Assembly: GCA_012862495.1 (NCBI GenBank)
Contig: BLSG01000402.1
Span: 185,701 to 249,700 of the forward strand
Direction: 5' to 3'
DNA length: 64,000 bases
DNA from: Thraustochytrium aureum
Taxonomy: Eukaryota
Made by a program: the position numbers and the translations under genes. How positions within the stretch are numbered: the stretch's first letter is position 1; each line of letters starts with the position of its first letter. Shown here piece after piece: positions 1 through 11,674 of this stretch. The notes under the pieces are model-generated. The model worked only from the letters and a program-made list of their open reading frames with translations. It searched no databases and was not told the origin of the DNA.

Positions 1-230
1 AGGCGCGCGCTGTTGGAAGCGTTCAGCGAGCGCGAGCGGCCGTGGGAACAACAGCGTTCATTTGTGAAATGCGAAGATGAATCAACGAAAGCGGAGCTGC
101 GTTGTGTTGTTATGCGTTGCAAGATTGTAGTTGGTTGGAAACGAAGCGGCAGGGGCGCAAAGCCGCTCCCAAGTGCGAGCGAACCCTGCTGGCTTGCCAG
201 TCAAAAGCAGCAGCTCGGGGCGCGGGCGGC

Positions 231-2360
231 TTAGTCGACAGACTCCATGGCCGACTCCTCGTTGCCATCGTCGTCGAGCGGCGGGAGGTCGTCGAGGTCG
301 GCAACCAGGTCCTCCTCGTCGTCGTCGCCCTCGATGCTGAGGCCGAGCTTGATGAGGCGGTTGATGCGGTTGGAGAAGGTGGTGGGCTCCTCCAGGGTGA
401 AGCCCGAAGTGAGGAGCGAGCACTCGAAGAGCAGGAAGACGAGGTCCTTGACGGTCTTGTCCGAAGAGTCGGCCTCGGCCTTCTGGCGCAGCGCGACAAT
501 GATAGGGTTGTACGGGTTGAGCTCGAGAGTCTTCTTGGAGCTCATGTAGCCCATCTGGTTGTTGTCGCGCAGAGCCTGCGACTTCATGATGCGCTCCATG
601 TTGGCGCTCCAGCCATACTCGCCAGTGACGAGGCAGCAGGGCGAGTCAGCCATGCGGTCCGAGCACACGACCTTCTCGACGCGCTCGTCAAGGATCTCCT
701 TGATGAGCTTGCAGAGACCCTCGGTCTTGGCCTTCTCCTCCTCAAACTTCTTCTTCTCGTCCTCGTCGTTGTCGAGCTTGAGGCCCTCCTTGGTGACAGA
801 GATGAGCTTCTTGCCGTCAAACTCCTTGAGCTGCTGCACGGCGTACTCGTCGATGGGGTCGACCATGTACAGGCACTCGAGCCCCTTGCGCTTGAGGCGC
901 TCGATGAAGGGCGAGGTCTCGACGGCCTTCTTGGACTCGCCGGTGATGTAGTAGATGCCCTGCTGCGACTCGGGCATGCGCGAGACGTACTCCTTGAGCG
1001 AGGTCATCTCCTCGCCAGACTTGGTGCTCTGGTACCGGAGCAGCTCGGCGAGCTTGGCGCGGTTGGCCGAGTCCTCGTGGATGCCAAGCTTGATGTGCTT
1101 GGCAAACTGCTCGTAGAACTTGTCGTACTTCTCCTTGTCCTCCGAGAGCTCGTTGAACATGTCGATGCACTTCTTGACGAGGTTCTTCTTGATCACGCGG
1201 AGGATCTTGTTCTGCTGCAGCATCTCGCGCGAGATGTTGAGCGGCAGGTCCTCGCTGTCCACGAGGCCGCGGACGAAGCTGAGGTACTCGGGCATCAGGT
1301 CCTCGCAGTTGTCCATGATGAACACGCGGCGCACGTACAGCTTGATGCTGTTGCTCTTCTTCTTGCCGCCCTCGAACATGTCGAAGGGGGCGCGCTTGGG
1401 CACGAACAGCAGGGCGCGGAACTCGAGCTGGCCCTCCACGCTAAAGTGCTTGGTGGAGAGCGGCTCCTCCCAGTCGTTCGTGAGCGACTTGTAGAAGGAG
1501 GCGTACTCCTCCGAGGTGATCTCCTCCGGCTTGCGCATCCAGATCGGCTTGGTGGCGTTGAGCTTCTCCCACTCGTGCTGCACCTCGGTGATCTTCTTGG
1601 TCTTCTTCTTCTTCTCCTTGTCGCCCTCCTTGTCGTCGGTGACGTCCTCGACCTTGGGCTTGTCCTCGTCGCCCTCCTCCTCCTCCTCCTCTTCGTCGTC
1701 AGTGACCTCCTTGTCGACCGACTTCTCGACCATGAGGAAGATGTCGAACCCGATGAACTCGCTGTGCTTCTTCACGAGGTCCTTGATGCGGCGCTCCTCG
1801 AGGAACTCGAGCATGTCCTCCTTGAGGTGGAGGACGATGTGCGTGCCGCGCCCGATGCGCTCGTAGTCGGTATCCTTGGCCACCGAGAACGATCCACCAG
1901 CGGACGAGCTCCACACGTGCTGCTCGTCGTCGTTGTGCTTCGAGTGCACCTCGACCTTGTCGGCCACCAGGTAGGCGCTGTAAAAGCCGACGCCGAACTG
2001 GCCGATCATCGAGATGTCCGCGCCGGCGGAGAGGGCCTCCATGAACGCCTTGGTGCCGGACTTTGCGATCGTGCCGAGGTTGTTGACGAGGTCCGCCTTG
2101 GTCATGCCGAGGCCGGTGTCGATCAGGGTCAGGGTGTTGTTGGCCTTGTCCGGGACGATCTTGATCTCCATCTTCTCCTCATGCTCGAGCACGCTCGGGT
2201 CGGTGATCGACTGGTACCGCACCTTGTCGAGCGCATCCGAGGCGTTCGAGATCAGCTCGCGCAGGAAGATCTCCTTGCTCGAGTAGAAAGTGTTGATGAT
2301 CAGGCTCATCAACTGGCTGATGTCCGCCGCGAACGCGAAGGTCTCCGCATCTTCCGCCAT
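231..2360 (-). CDS. HSP90: Cytosolic heat shock protein 90
   Basis: [100 protein letters not shown] at 2360; intronless; ends MESVD. Confidence 0.98.
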   Translation of the reverse strand: MAEDAETFAFAADISQLMSLIINTFYSSKEIFLRELISNASDALDKVRYQSITDPSVLEHEEKMEIKIVPDKANNTLTLIDTGLGMTKADLVNNLGTIAKSGTKAFMEALSAGADISMIGQFGVGFYSAYLVADKVEVHSKHNDDEQHVWSSSAGGSFSVAKDTDYERIGRGTHIVLHLKEDMLEFLEERRIKDLVKKHSEFIGFDIFLMVEKSVDKEVTDDEEEEEEEGDEDKPKVEDVTDDKEGDKEKKKKTKKITEVQHEWEKLNATKPIWMRKPEEITSEEYASFYKSLTNDWEEPLSTKHFSVEGQLEFRALLFVPKRAPFDMFEGGKKKSNSIKLYVRRVFIMDNCEDLMPEYLSFVRGLVDSEDLPLNISREMLQQNKILRVIKKNLVKKCIDMFNELSEDKEKYDKFYEQFAKHIKLGIHEDSANRAKLAELLRYQSTKSGEEMTSLKEYVSRMPESQQGIYYITGESKKAVETSPFIERLKRKGLECLYMVDPIDEYAVQQLKEFDGKKLISVTKEGLKLDNDEDEKKKFEEEKAKTEGLCKLIKEILDERVEKVVCSDRMADSPCCLVTGEYGWSANMERIMKSQALRDNNQMGYMSSKKTLELNPYNPIIVALRQKAEADSSDKTVKDLVFLLFECSLLTSGFTLEEPTTFSNRINRLIKLGLSIEGDDDEEDLVADLDDLPPLDDDGNEESAMESVD

Positions 2361-2693
2361 CTTGGGTCGCTGCTCTGCGCTGCTCTGCGCTGCTCTGCGC
2401 TGCCTTCCGTGCCTCTGCGTGCGCCTGCTTCGCTTCTGCTTCTCCGCTTGCTCTGTCTGCGTTGGGGGTCTGCCAGCCGCAGGCCTTCGATGCTGCTCAT
2501 CGCTGCCATCGCCAAGCATTTCCGTTTTGGCCGCTTGCCCGCCGCGCTGCGCCGCGTCTTGTAACTGCCCCCGCCAGCTAAACGTATTGGTTTTCTCGAT
2601 CGGCGCCGGGGTGGTGCGGATGCGTCCCCGTCTGTCTGCAAGGTAGAAGATTGGGGCGGACGCGGTGTGCGGCGAAAGGTTACAGTCTGTGAC

Positions 2694-2970
2694 GTTCCAG
2701 AAGGTCCGCTATCCTTAGGAAGAAAGCGGTTTAGTTAGGAATTAAGGTGCGCTGGGCGGAGGGCGGGAGGAATAGCGGGCAGCTTCACCTTTTTCGCCTG
2801 CGTCCCGAGCGTCGTGCAAGTGTTCTGGAACACCGTTGCCTGGAGGCGTTCTGGAAGGGTCGCTGCGCGCAGCGTGTATTAGAAGTGCCTCCCGAGGCTC
2901 AATCTTTCGTGGCGAGGAGCGCGTTCACGGGAACGCACACGCTCTGAACGCTGAGCTGTTCTTCGAGAAA
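2694..2970. promoter_or_regulatory. Heat-shock elements (inverted nGAAn repeats) upstream of HSP90
   Basis: gTTCcaGAAg at 2694, gTTCtgGAAc at 2822, gTTCtgGAAg at 2848, cTTCgaGAAa at 2961; 330-610 bp upstream of the HSP90 ATG. Confidence 0.75.
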
Positions 2971-3375
2971 AGAATAAAAGTACCCTACCTTCTCGCATCT
3001 CGCATACCATTGCCTACCTGCGGGCAACCTGCGGGCCACCTCCACCGACAGCGACGGCACGGAATGTCTGTCGCTGAGGCACGGAATGGCGTGCGCGTGC
3101 CAGACTCGTGTCGCGCTTGCAGGCTCTGCTGTCAAAGGTCGGGTCAATGGGGGATTCCTCGACGAACATCGATCCTTCAAGATCGACAAGCGCAACCCAC
3201 AAAAACTCACCCGCTGCTTGGTCGGATGATCTGTGTAGGCCCGCTGTGCGCGAGTCTTCCTGTGCTTCATCACTCCGCCTGCGATCGGAACAGACCAGTT
3301 TGAGACAGAGCTACAACCGCAAGGCGCAAAAAAGACATCGAGCTGAGGCCGCCGTCGAAACAACAAAACCGACAC

Positions 3376-5023
3376 ATGGAGACTGCTGAGCGAAAAGCGA
3401 GCATGTGGACAACGTCGCTGTCCCTCCCCGTAGTTGGCATCTTCGTGGTCGCACAGGTTGCCGTGATCGGGGCGCTCGCGGACGCCGCAACGCTCGAAGA
3501 CTCGGTCTTGCGCTGGCAATGGATCCTCCTCTATTTGCTGCTGTTTGGCGGCACTGCAACGTACGCGACGACTGGCCGGGACTTTTACAGCGGCGGCCAG
3601 CTGCTCCTGGAAAGCCCCGCGGACTGCGCTGGCGCCGGCAAGGCCTTCTCCGCACTGAGCCTGAGTGCCTTCATCTCGTGGGTGTTCGCAAAGAGCGTCT
3701 ACAACGCTGCAACGTTGGGTGCCGCGTTTGGGTGGGTCGGCGGCCTTGCCTACGCCTCCTACTACATCTCCTTCCTGAGCGCAGCCATTGTCATCGCAGC
3801 CCTGCGTGCGCAGGGCTTCGATTCCCTTCCTTCGTGCATCCACATCAAGTACGGGCCTGCTGCTTCGATCGCCTTCCTCCTCGCCATCTCCTACCGGCTC
3901 TTCAACGAGGTGTGGTCAAACTCGGTGGTGGTCGCAGACTTTTACGGCGCGACAAAAACATCGCAGTGGTGGGCCGCCGTGGTCGTGGGAACTGCCATTC
4001 CCGCCTTTTACGTCTTCCTCGGGGGCCTCCGCGCGTCGATTTATTCTGACGTTGCGCAGGCGGTTGTCGCAATATGCTTTCTCGTCATCGTGGCTGGGGT
4101 TTGTTGGCGCCGAAAACTCGGGTAACGAGCCCTTGATCCATTTCAACCCGGTGCCGGGACGCGACATGTGGAGCTTGGAGGGCGGATTCGACCTGTTGTG
4201 CGTGGGTCTGCTCCAAGGACTTTTCTCATACCCATTTTTCGACCCGGTTTTAACGGACCGCGCGTTTCTCTCTACTCCGCGCATCATGGTTGCGTCTTTC
4301 ATCACGGCAGGGTGCATCGGGGCGCTGTTCATCTTTGGGTTTTCATTCCTTGGCGTTTACGGCGCGTCGGTTGGTGTTGGCGGCAAGCCTGCAGAGGTCT
4401 CGGCATTTATCGGGCCGATCCCGTTCACGTTCACGGCTCTCATTATGATCACCTCAAGCCTGTCAACTCTGGATTCAACGTTCTCGTCCACCTCAAAGGC
4501 TTGGGGCCTCGAGGCCATGGGGATCATTAAGACTGGCGCACCGCTCACGGCGGGACAAGCCGTTGCCACAGACCTTGCTTTCGGCCGCATTGCGCTCGTC
4601 CTTATGGCCGTCATTGGAACGCTCCCTTTATTGGGCGACGCAACGGTGCTGAGTGCGACCACGATCTCGGGCACGGTCGTCATGGGACTTGGCCCGCCAG
4701 TTATTGGCGGCGTGTTTTTTGGGCAAGGAACTAAGCGTTGCGACTACCGCACCCCGCTTGCGTTTCACCTCCCCTTTTGGACTGGCGTTGGCTTTGGCAT
4801 TGCGTTGCAGGTCGGCGTGAGCCCAGCCCTAATGGTCATTGGGACGGGTAAGTACGCGCAGCTCCTCGGGTTTAACCTTTACGGACTGCTCGCCTGTACC
4901 GCGATGTACGTTCTTGGCCTGTCGCTCCACGCGTTTGTGCTTCCTCGACGCGCTTCTGCCTCCTCGCGCGACGAGCGATCTGCTGGAGTGAAGAGCAACG
5001 ACAGTTCGATGGCCCAGGCCTAG
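3376..5023 (+). CDS. Sodium:solute symporter (SSS) family transporter, one frameshift near 4098
   Basis: ORF 3376-4125 (ISWVFAKSVYNAATLG, GGLRASIYSDVAQ) joins ORF 3788-5023 (SYPFFDPVLTDRAF, TSSLSTLDSTFSS) if one base is removed at GGGGTTT; many TM helices. Confidence 0.85.
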
Positions 5024-5256
5024 CTCTTTTCGAAAGAATCGTTTCAAGAAAAAGCCAAAACTATTTCACGTGCGTATCGCCCGCCTCGCGAGCTTGTCCG
5101 TGCCGGAATCCGTCCGTCGGCTACAGAATAAGCTTTGGCTTGCCGCGATGTGCATGCCGACTCGACATCACGCTCAACTTGCCACTTGCGAACCTGAAAA
5201 TTTTATAAAACACAAGCATGCAGGTAACGTATCGCTCTCCGCCGCCTATGATGGAC

Positions 5257-5345
5257 CGATGGATGTCTCGAATGCTTCGCTCGCACAACGATCGATGGAT
5301 GCCCAGGATGCTGAAGGACTCCTGCTTCGCTCGCACAACGCTCGT
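5257..5345. repeat. Short imperfect duplication (CGATGGATG...TGCTTCGCTCGCACAACG x2)
   Basis: Two copies visible. Confidence 0.7.
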
Positions 5346-5445
5346 TTCGCAGTTTCTATGGTGCGTCGTTGCGTCGGAACGCGCGCACAAAGCGCGATAA
5401 CGGCTCACAGAACGGCACAGCAGACCCGCAAAGGACGAGCCCGCA

Positions 5446-5446
5446 G

Positions 5447-5477
<31 letters not shown>

Positions 5478-5498
5478 CGGACAGGCAGGCAGGCAGGC
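5446..5498. repeat. (GCAC)n + (GGCA)n microsatellite
   Basis: Direct reading. Confidence 0.95.
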
Positions 5499-5778
5499 TC
5501 TCTCGCTCTCGGGCGCGCGGCAAGCCGCGGGCAGGCGCGCGAGTAGAGTAGGCCGCTGGGCGCGCGTTGCCTTGCTGGAGAGCCGGCGGTTTCGGTTCCC
5601 GCGTCGGCTGGTCGCGATCGCTGTCCTCTCCGCCGTCTCGGCCGCAAAGTCTGCCCGGTGAGGGACGCGCCGTGGCTGCTGGCCCTCATTGCTGTGGACG
5701 TTGCGAGGGCTGCGTGCGCGCACCGGCTTGGGGATCGGTCGTGGAGGAGTGGCCTGCGTGCGCGCGCGTGTTGGCGAG

Positions 5779-8700
5779 ATGGCTGCGGGGTTTGATGATG
5801 ACATCTTCAGGCAGGCCGTGATTGATCACGCGCTGTGCCTCGGCATGGACCCCCACGAGGACGCACAGTTCCTCTGGCTCGCGGAGGAGGCTCTGCTTGC
5901 GCAACTGCCGAGCGAGTGGGAGCTCTGCGACGACGATAAAGGAAACCACTACTACTACAACCACCGCACCGGCGCAAGCACGTGGGAAAACCCACTCGAT
6001 GAGCCGTACCGACGCCTTTTCCTCAAGCTCAAGGCGAACCCTGGCGCAGCCGAAGCGCGGCAGCATAGCCGGGGCAAAAGCTGGGGCCAAGTTCCTGGTG
6101 ACGAGCGCGTCATGTCGCGAGCGCAGGACGCGGTGCGAGACAAGCGAAGGGAGATGACCCGAGAACTTGGCTACGACGAAGCCAAGGACGAGTTGTTGCT
6201 TATGGACAGCGCCCCTGAGCGCTCGGCGGCGTCGCCGCCTCTGCGCGGCACCAGCCCCGGCAGAACCTACGTTCGCGGTAGCTCCTTTGCGCGTCCCGAT
6301 GGGGGCAGAAAGCTGTCCCACGGCGCGCCGCCCAAGGAGCCTGAGCTCGAGTTTGAGGCTGTCGTAGACCACCGCACAGAAACAGCGCCAAATGGGGAGC
6401 CAGATCTGCAGTACCTCGCGCGAGCCTGCGAACCTGGCGGCTCTCCAGAGGAACGCTGGTTTAGCGGAACGGTGCTCTTTGCGCAGGCCCCAGACCTCGT
6501 GCACGACTACAACAACAAGATTCTCCGATCGGCTACAGCGTCGCACTCGAGCCGCCTCGAGGAGCTCGAGCGAGAGCTGCAGGAGGTCAAGCGCTCTGCC
6601 GAAAGCGCCGCCAGAGACCAAGTCGCGGTCCGAGCGGAGCGGGATGCCGCCGCGCAAGCGCTGCGGGACGCCAAAGCGGACAGCCAAAAGCAGCTGGCCG
6701 AGCTTGCGGCCCAGCTCGCGACGCAGCGCGCCGAGCTTGCCCGAGTCGAGACTCGCGAGGCGAGTGCGGTGGCGCGCGTTCAGGCGGAGCTTGACGATCT
6801 CCTCCAGACGCGGTCCAAGGAGGCCGGCGCTTCTGTGGCCAAGCGGATGGGACTGGAAACCAAAATGCGCAACCTAACCCAGGAGCGCGACGAGCTTGCT
6901 TCGAAACTAGCTGACCTTGGCCGCGACCGCGATGCAAAAGCGGCCGAGCTCCTCAAGGCCCAAAAGCGTGCTAACGAAGTGGCTGAAGCGAACGCGCGCC
7001 TCGCGGATGCGCACGCGGAGCTCGGCAGGGAGCACGCTGCACAGCAGGAGCGCCTTAAAGACCTCGAGAAACAGGCCCTCCAGGCCGGCGAACGGGGCAG
7101 CGCGCTCGCTCGCGAGACCGACCGACTTGCCGGAGACAAGGCCGTCTTCGAAGCGATGATCGGCAACCTCAAGCAGGAGCTCAATGCCGAGATCGCTGCC
7201 AACCTGGAGATTCGGAAGCGAGTTGTCCATTTGGAGTCCACGCTCGAGCAAAAGGAGCGCGACGCCTCAAAGGCTGCCGAGGCTGCCGAGGCGCTAAGGT
7301 TCAAGTTGGAAAAGGCCGCAGACACGCTTCGGGCCGAGCGCGACGCGTCCCAAAGCGAGCTGCAGGCTCTGCGCGAACATGTCTCAACAAGCGAGGACGC
7401 AGGCACCTACAGTGCGCTGCAGGTAGACCAGCAGGTCTCCCAGCGGCTGGCGCAGCTTCGTGGCAAGCTTGACGAGGCGCACAGCAGGGAGGTCGGCAAA
7501 CTTGAGGCGGTCATCACCGAGCTTCGCGGACAGGTCGCCTCGCTCGAGGACACGCACGCGAGCTCTTCCTCAGGCCACTTGGCCGCCCGCGAGCAGCTCG
7601 AGGCCACCGAGCGCCGCCTCAATCGCGCCGAGAACGAGCGCACTGTGATCCAGTCAGCGCTCGACAAGCTCAAAGAGGAGCTGCAGCAAGAGTTTGTCGC
7701 GTCCGAGTCCCTCCGCAAGGACGTGCACCGGCTCACAGATGAGCTTGCCGCAGCCAAGCGCCAGGCCAAGGCAGACCAGCAGGCCCACGACAAGATGATT
7801 GCCCAGGCCGTCCGGCAGCGCGACGAGGCGCGCGAGCAGCTCGCTGCACTTCAAGACCGGCCTCCCAGCAGGGACGGCCAGCTGCAGGAAGAGCTGGCCG
7901 CTGCCCAAAAGGAGCTGCGCGGCAAGGCTCTAGAGATAGACCAGCTGCAAGCGACCAACGTCCAGCTCGAGAAGCGTGCGGCTGACCTCGAGCACCAGAT
8001 CGCGGCCCTGCGCAGCCAACTGGACTCGAAGAACAGCGAGTTGGGCGAAGCGCAAGCCCTTCTGCTCAAGGCCGGCGAGGAGCGCCAAGCCGTTGAGCGC
8101 GCCTCAGAGCGCCTCGGCACCGAGAAGGCTGTTCTAGAACAGGCACTTTCAAAGCTCAAGTCTGAGCTGCAGACCGAGATCGCCAACAACGATACGCTGC
8201 GCAAGGATGAGGCCGCTCTGCGCAGCGACTTGGCCAACCTCTCTCGCGAAAAGCACCGAAGCGAGACCGGCCAGGCCGCGCGGGCTGAAGAGATCTCTGC
8301 GCTTGAAACGGAGCGCGACGCGCTCAAGGACCTGCTGGCCCTTGCCCAGGCCAACATCGATCGCCTCGGCAAGGACCGAGAGTCTAGCGTGGAGGCGCGC
8401 GCCGCGCTTGCTGCGCTGCAGAGCGAGCTGGAAGGGGCCAAGCGCGACAAGGCCGCACTGGAGCAGTCGCTTGTCCGATGCCGCGCGGAGATGGACCAAG
8501 CAATCGCGGCGCACGAGAGCAAGACTGCCGCATTGCAAGGGTCTGCTTCAGCCGAAAAAGACGCCCGCATCGCGCAGCTCGAGCAAGAGCTGCGGGACCG
8601 CAACGAGAGCGCGGCGTCTTCGGAGGCTGTGCAAAAGCTGGAAGCAGAGGTGGCCTCGCTTCGCGCTGCGGCTGCCGCGGCGGAGGCCAACCAGGCTTCC

Positions 8701-9969
8701 GCTGCAGCGCTGCAACTCCGCGTCGACGATCTCGCAGCGCGCGTGGAAAGCGAGGTTCGCAAACGGCGCGTGCTCCACAACAAGTTGGTAGACCTGCAGG
8801 GCTCGATTCGAGTCTATTGCCGCGTCCGCCCGGTCCTCCAGCACGAAGCAAGCTCTGGCCAGGCAGGTGTCGTGGTCGACTTTCCCTCTGAGGGCGAGAT
8901 CGAACTGCGCCAAGCGTTTGCGGCGCGTGACCAAGAGGACAAATTCGAGTTTGACCAAGTGTTTGACCCGCATTCCTCGCAGCAGCAAGTCTTCGAGCAG
9001 GTCGAGCCGCTCGCCCAGTCGGCGCTCGACGGCTACGACGTGTGCATATTTGCCTACGGGCAGACTGGCTCCGGCAAGACATACACCATGGACGGGTCGC
9101 CGGAAGACCGCGGGGTCACCTATCGCACGTTCAAGTCCCTGTTTGACGGGATCGAGGAGCGCCATGCCGCAGGCCATGCCAAGTACGAGGTTACCGTCTC
9201 GGTGCTCGAGATCTACAACGAGACGATACGCGACTTGCTCGACGAGAACAACAGCGCCTCGGCAACGTCGAAGCGCCCCCTGGCCGGGGACCCCAAGCCG
9301 AAAAAGCTCGAGGTCCGCCAGGGCGAGCACGGCCTGCACGTCCCTGGCCTCACGCACGCCTCGGTCGCCTCCATCGACGACGTCGAGCGCGTCATGAGCC
9401 GAGGCATACAGAACCGAACGGTCGGCGCGCACAACGTCAACGTGCACTCGTCGCGCTCGCACCTTGTGGTCACCATGTCGCTCGTTGCAGAGCACAAGGC
9501 TCGCGGCAAGTCGATCACGACGCGGTCCAAGCTGCACTTGATCGATCTCGCAGGGAGCGAGCGCCTGGACAAGACCAACGCGTCCGGCTCGATGCTGCAG
9601 GAGGCCAAGAGCATCAACAAGTCGCTCTCCGCGCTGGGCAACGTGATCAAGGCCCTCGGCAAGTCTGCAGCCACGGCCGGGTGGGGGCCTCCAGCGCCGC
9701 AAACGCTGCGCACGTGCCGTTCCGGGACTCGAAGCTGACATTCTTGCTGCAGGACTCACTCAGCGGATCCTCCAAGGTGCTCATGTTTGTCAACATCTCG
9801 CCCGTCGAGTGGAACGCGGCCGAGTCGCTGTGCTCGCTCACGTTCGCTGCGCGCTGTCGCAAGGTCAGCCTCGGCGCGGCGAAAGAAGAATACCGAGTCG
9901 GCGCAGGTCAGCGTACTGAAGCGCACCATTGAAGACTTGCAGGGCCAGCTTGCGGCGCGCCGCCGGTGA
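5779..9969 (+). CDS. Kinesin-14 (C-terminal motor) with N-terminal CEP164-like WW domain and long coiled coil; two frameshifts near 9680 and 9883
   Basis: N-terminus LGMDPHEDAQFLWLAEEALLAQLPSEW...YYYNHRTGASTWENP; neck RRVLHNKLVDLQGSIRVYCRVRP; P-loop AYGQTGSGKT; SSRSH; DLAGSE; HVPFRDSKLT continues in the 9681 frame, tail in the 9787 frame. Confidence 0.92.
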
Positions 9970-10056
9970 TGCGGTGCCGCTCAGATCGGCAGCCCGCGCT
10001 GCTACGAACGCGCAAGGCCGGCACGCATGTAGTTTTAAAGATCTATCTTTTCTCTA

Positions 10057-10120
10057 GCAGGAGGAGCTTGGCAGGAGGAGCTTTGGCAGGAGGAGCTTGG
10101 CAGGAGGAGCTTGGCAGGAG
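10057..10120. repeat. Tandem repeat GCAGGAGGAGCTTG (~14-15 bp, x4-5)
   Basis: Direct reading; lies between convergent genes. Confidence 0.9.
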
Positions 10121-10332
10121 TCGTCGGGGTTTGCAGCTGGCGGTCTTGGCTTACGTTTTTCAATTGAGATACCTAAAACCGATCTTCGAAACGCGAATCC
10201 AGCCGACCCGCCGGCGAGCCGCCACGGACGCCGGCTGCCGAACAGCACATCCCGGTGTTCTCTATTTCCCCCTTTTTCTTTTCAGCCCACGGCGAGCGAA
10301 AACGCCGAAGGGCATCCGCAAGCTTGCATCCA

Positions 10333-11211
10333 TCAAGCCTCCTCGTCCAGTCCGGGCGGGGGCGGGCGCGCCTCCCCCCAAACATCGGCACCCCCAGCGG
10401 CACCAGTCCTAGCAGAAGGGGTCGGTGCAACCCCTGCGAGCACGTTGCACACATGGCCGATAATGATGATGGAGGGCGAGGCCACGCCCGCGTCCGCTGC
10501 GACTTGCGGCATGCCTCGGAGCGTGGACCGGTGCACTATCTCCTTGCTCGTCGTCCCCGACTGCACGACGGCGACGGGCGTGTCCTGGTCCCACTGGCAC
10601 CGCTCAACAAGGTGCGCACAGATCGCAGGCAGCGACTTGACGCCCATCAGAACGACTAATGTGGAGCCTTCCCGCGGCAGGTTGTCCCAGTCCGCTGCGC
10701 CATCTCGACCGGGCGGAAGGTGGCCGCTCAGCACGGTAAAGCTCGTAGCAACACCCTTCTGTGTCAGAGGAATGCCCGCGATCGCGGGGACTGCCGTGGC
10801 GCTCGACATCCCTGGCACAACCTCGTAGGGGATCCCAGCGGCTTCGAGCGCGAGAATCTCATCGCCTCCGAGTCCAAAGATGAACGGGTCGCCGCCTTTG
10901 AGCCGCACGATCGAGCTCCCTTCCGGCACCTCGACGCCCTCGTACTCGCCTTTCCCCAGCGCAACAAGAATCGCGTTAATCTCTGACTGCGGGAAGCGTT
11001 TCTTCTCTGGAGCCTTGCCCACGTTGACGAGCCTGCACCCCTCCTTGACCTCCTTGATCAACTCCGGGGCCACCAGCCTGTCATGCACGAGGACGTCGGC
11101 CTGCTGGATCGCCCTCAGGCCGCGCACGGAAATCAGGTCCGCAGCCCCGGGGCCAGCGCCGACCAGCACGACGCGCCTGGCGCTCTTCATCGCCTGGCCG
11201 GCGTCGTCCAT
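10333..11211 (-). CDS. cobA: Uroporphyrinogen-III C-methyltransferase (SUMT, siroheme synthesis)
   Basis: VVLVGAGPGAADLISVRG, DVLVHDRLV, IVRLKGGDPFIFGLGGDE, VVPGMSSA, TLVVLMG; ATG at 11211. Confidence 0.93.
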   Translation of the reverse strand: MDDAGQAMKSARRVVLVGAGPGAADLISVRGLRAIQQADVLVHDRLVAPELIKEVKEGCRLVNVGKAPEKKRFPQSEINAILVALGKGEYEGVEVPEGSSIVRLKGGDPFIFGLGGDEILALEAAGIPYEVVPGMSSATAVPAIAGIPLTQKGVATSFTVLSGHLPPGRDGAADWDNLPREGSTLVVLMGVKSLPAICAHLVERCQWDQDTPVAVVQSGTTSKEIVHRSTLRGMPQVAADAGVASPSIIIIGHVCNVLAGVAPTPSARTGAAGGADVWGEARPPPPGLDEEA

Positions 11212-11674
11212 CAGGCGTCTCGCGAAGCCGCCGCGAGCCTGCGCGCCCGCCCGCCCGCCTGCCGGCCTGCCTGTGTACGAACGAGAGTACTCTGTTGACG
11301 CAGAGTAGGTACTCAGAGTACTCGAGTACGAGCGCCTCGGGAGGGGACGGCGTGGTGGCGGCCTGCGCCGCGATGCCGAGCGTCGTTTCGGGTCTGGCAC
11401 AATGCCGATGTCCTGGAGATGGCGCCCAGCCGCGGCCCCTCGTCGGGTGGCGGGCCAGCTGGATGGATGGGTGGATGGGTGGGTGGGCGGCTGGACGGCG
11501 CCGCGAGGTTGCGCTGCGCAGCGGGGGCGCGGCGGGGATTGCGATCTCCAAGGAACGATTGCGAGAACGCTTTCGGCTCTTGTTGGCTGGTCGCTAGCTG
11601 GTTTGCTGGTGGTCGGTGCGGCGGGCGGGCAGGGGCCGCGGCGGCGCGTCCGCCCTGGTGGCCTATGCGCAGCT

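Noticed and set aside
102..2564. 820-aa ORF antisense to HSP90
   Set aside because: Shadow frame produced by strong GC3 codon bias; no recognisable domain
5180..5230. GAACCTGA downstream of the SSS transporter resembling part of a TPP riboswitch
   Set aside because: No CUGAGA motif or P1-P5 pairing could be found
10333..11211. Cobalamin biosynthesis cluster
   Set aside because: No other cob/cbi genes are present; eukaryotes use this enzyme for siroheme
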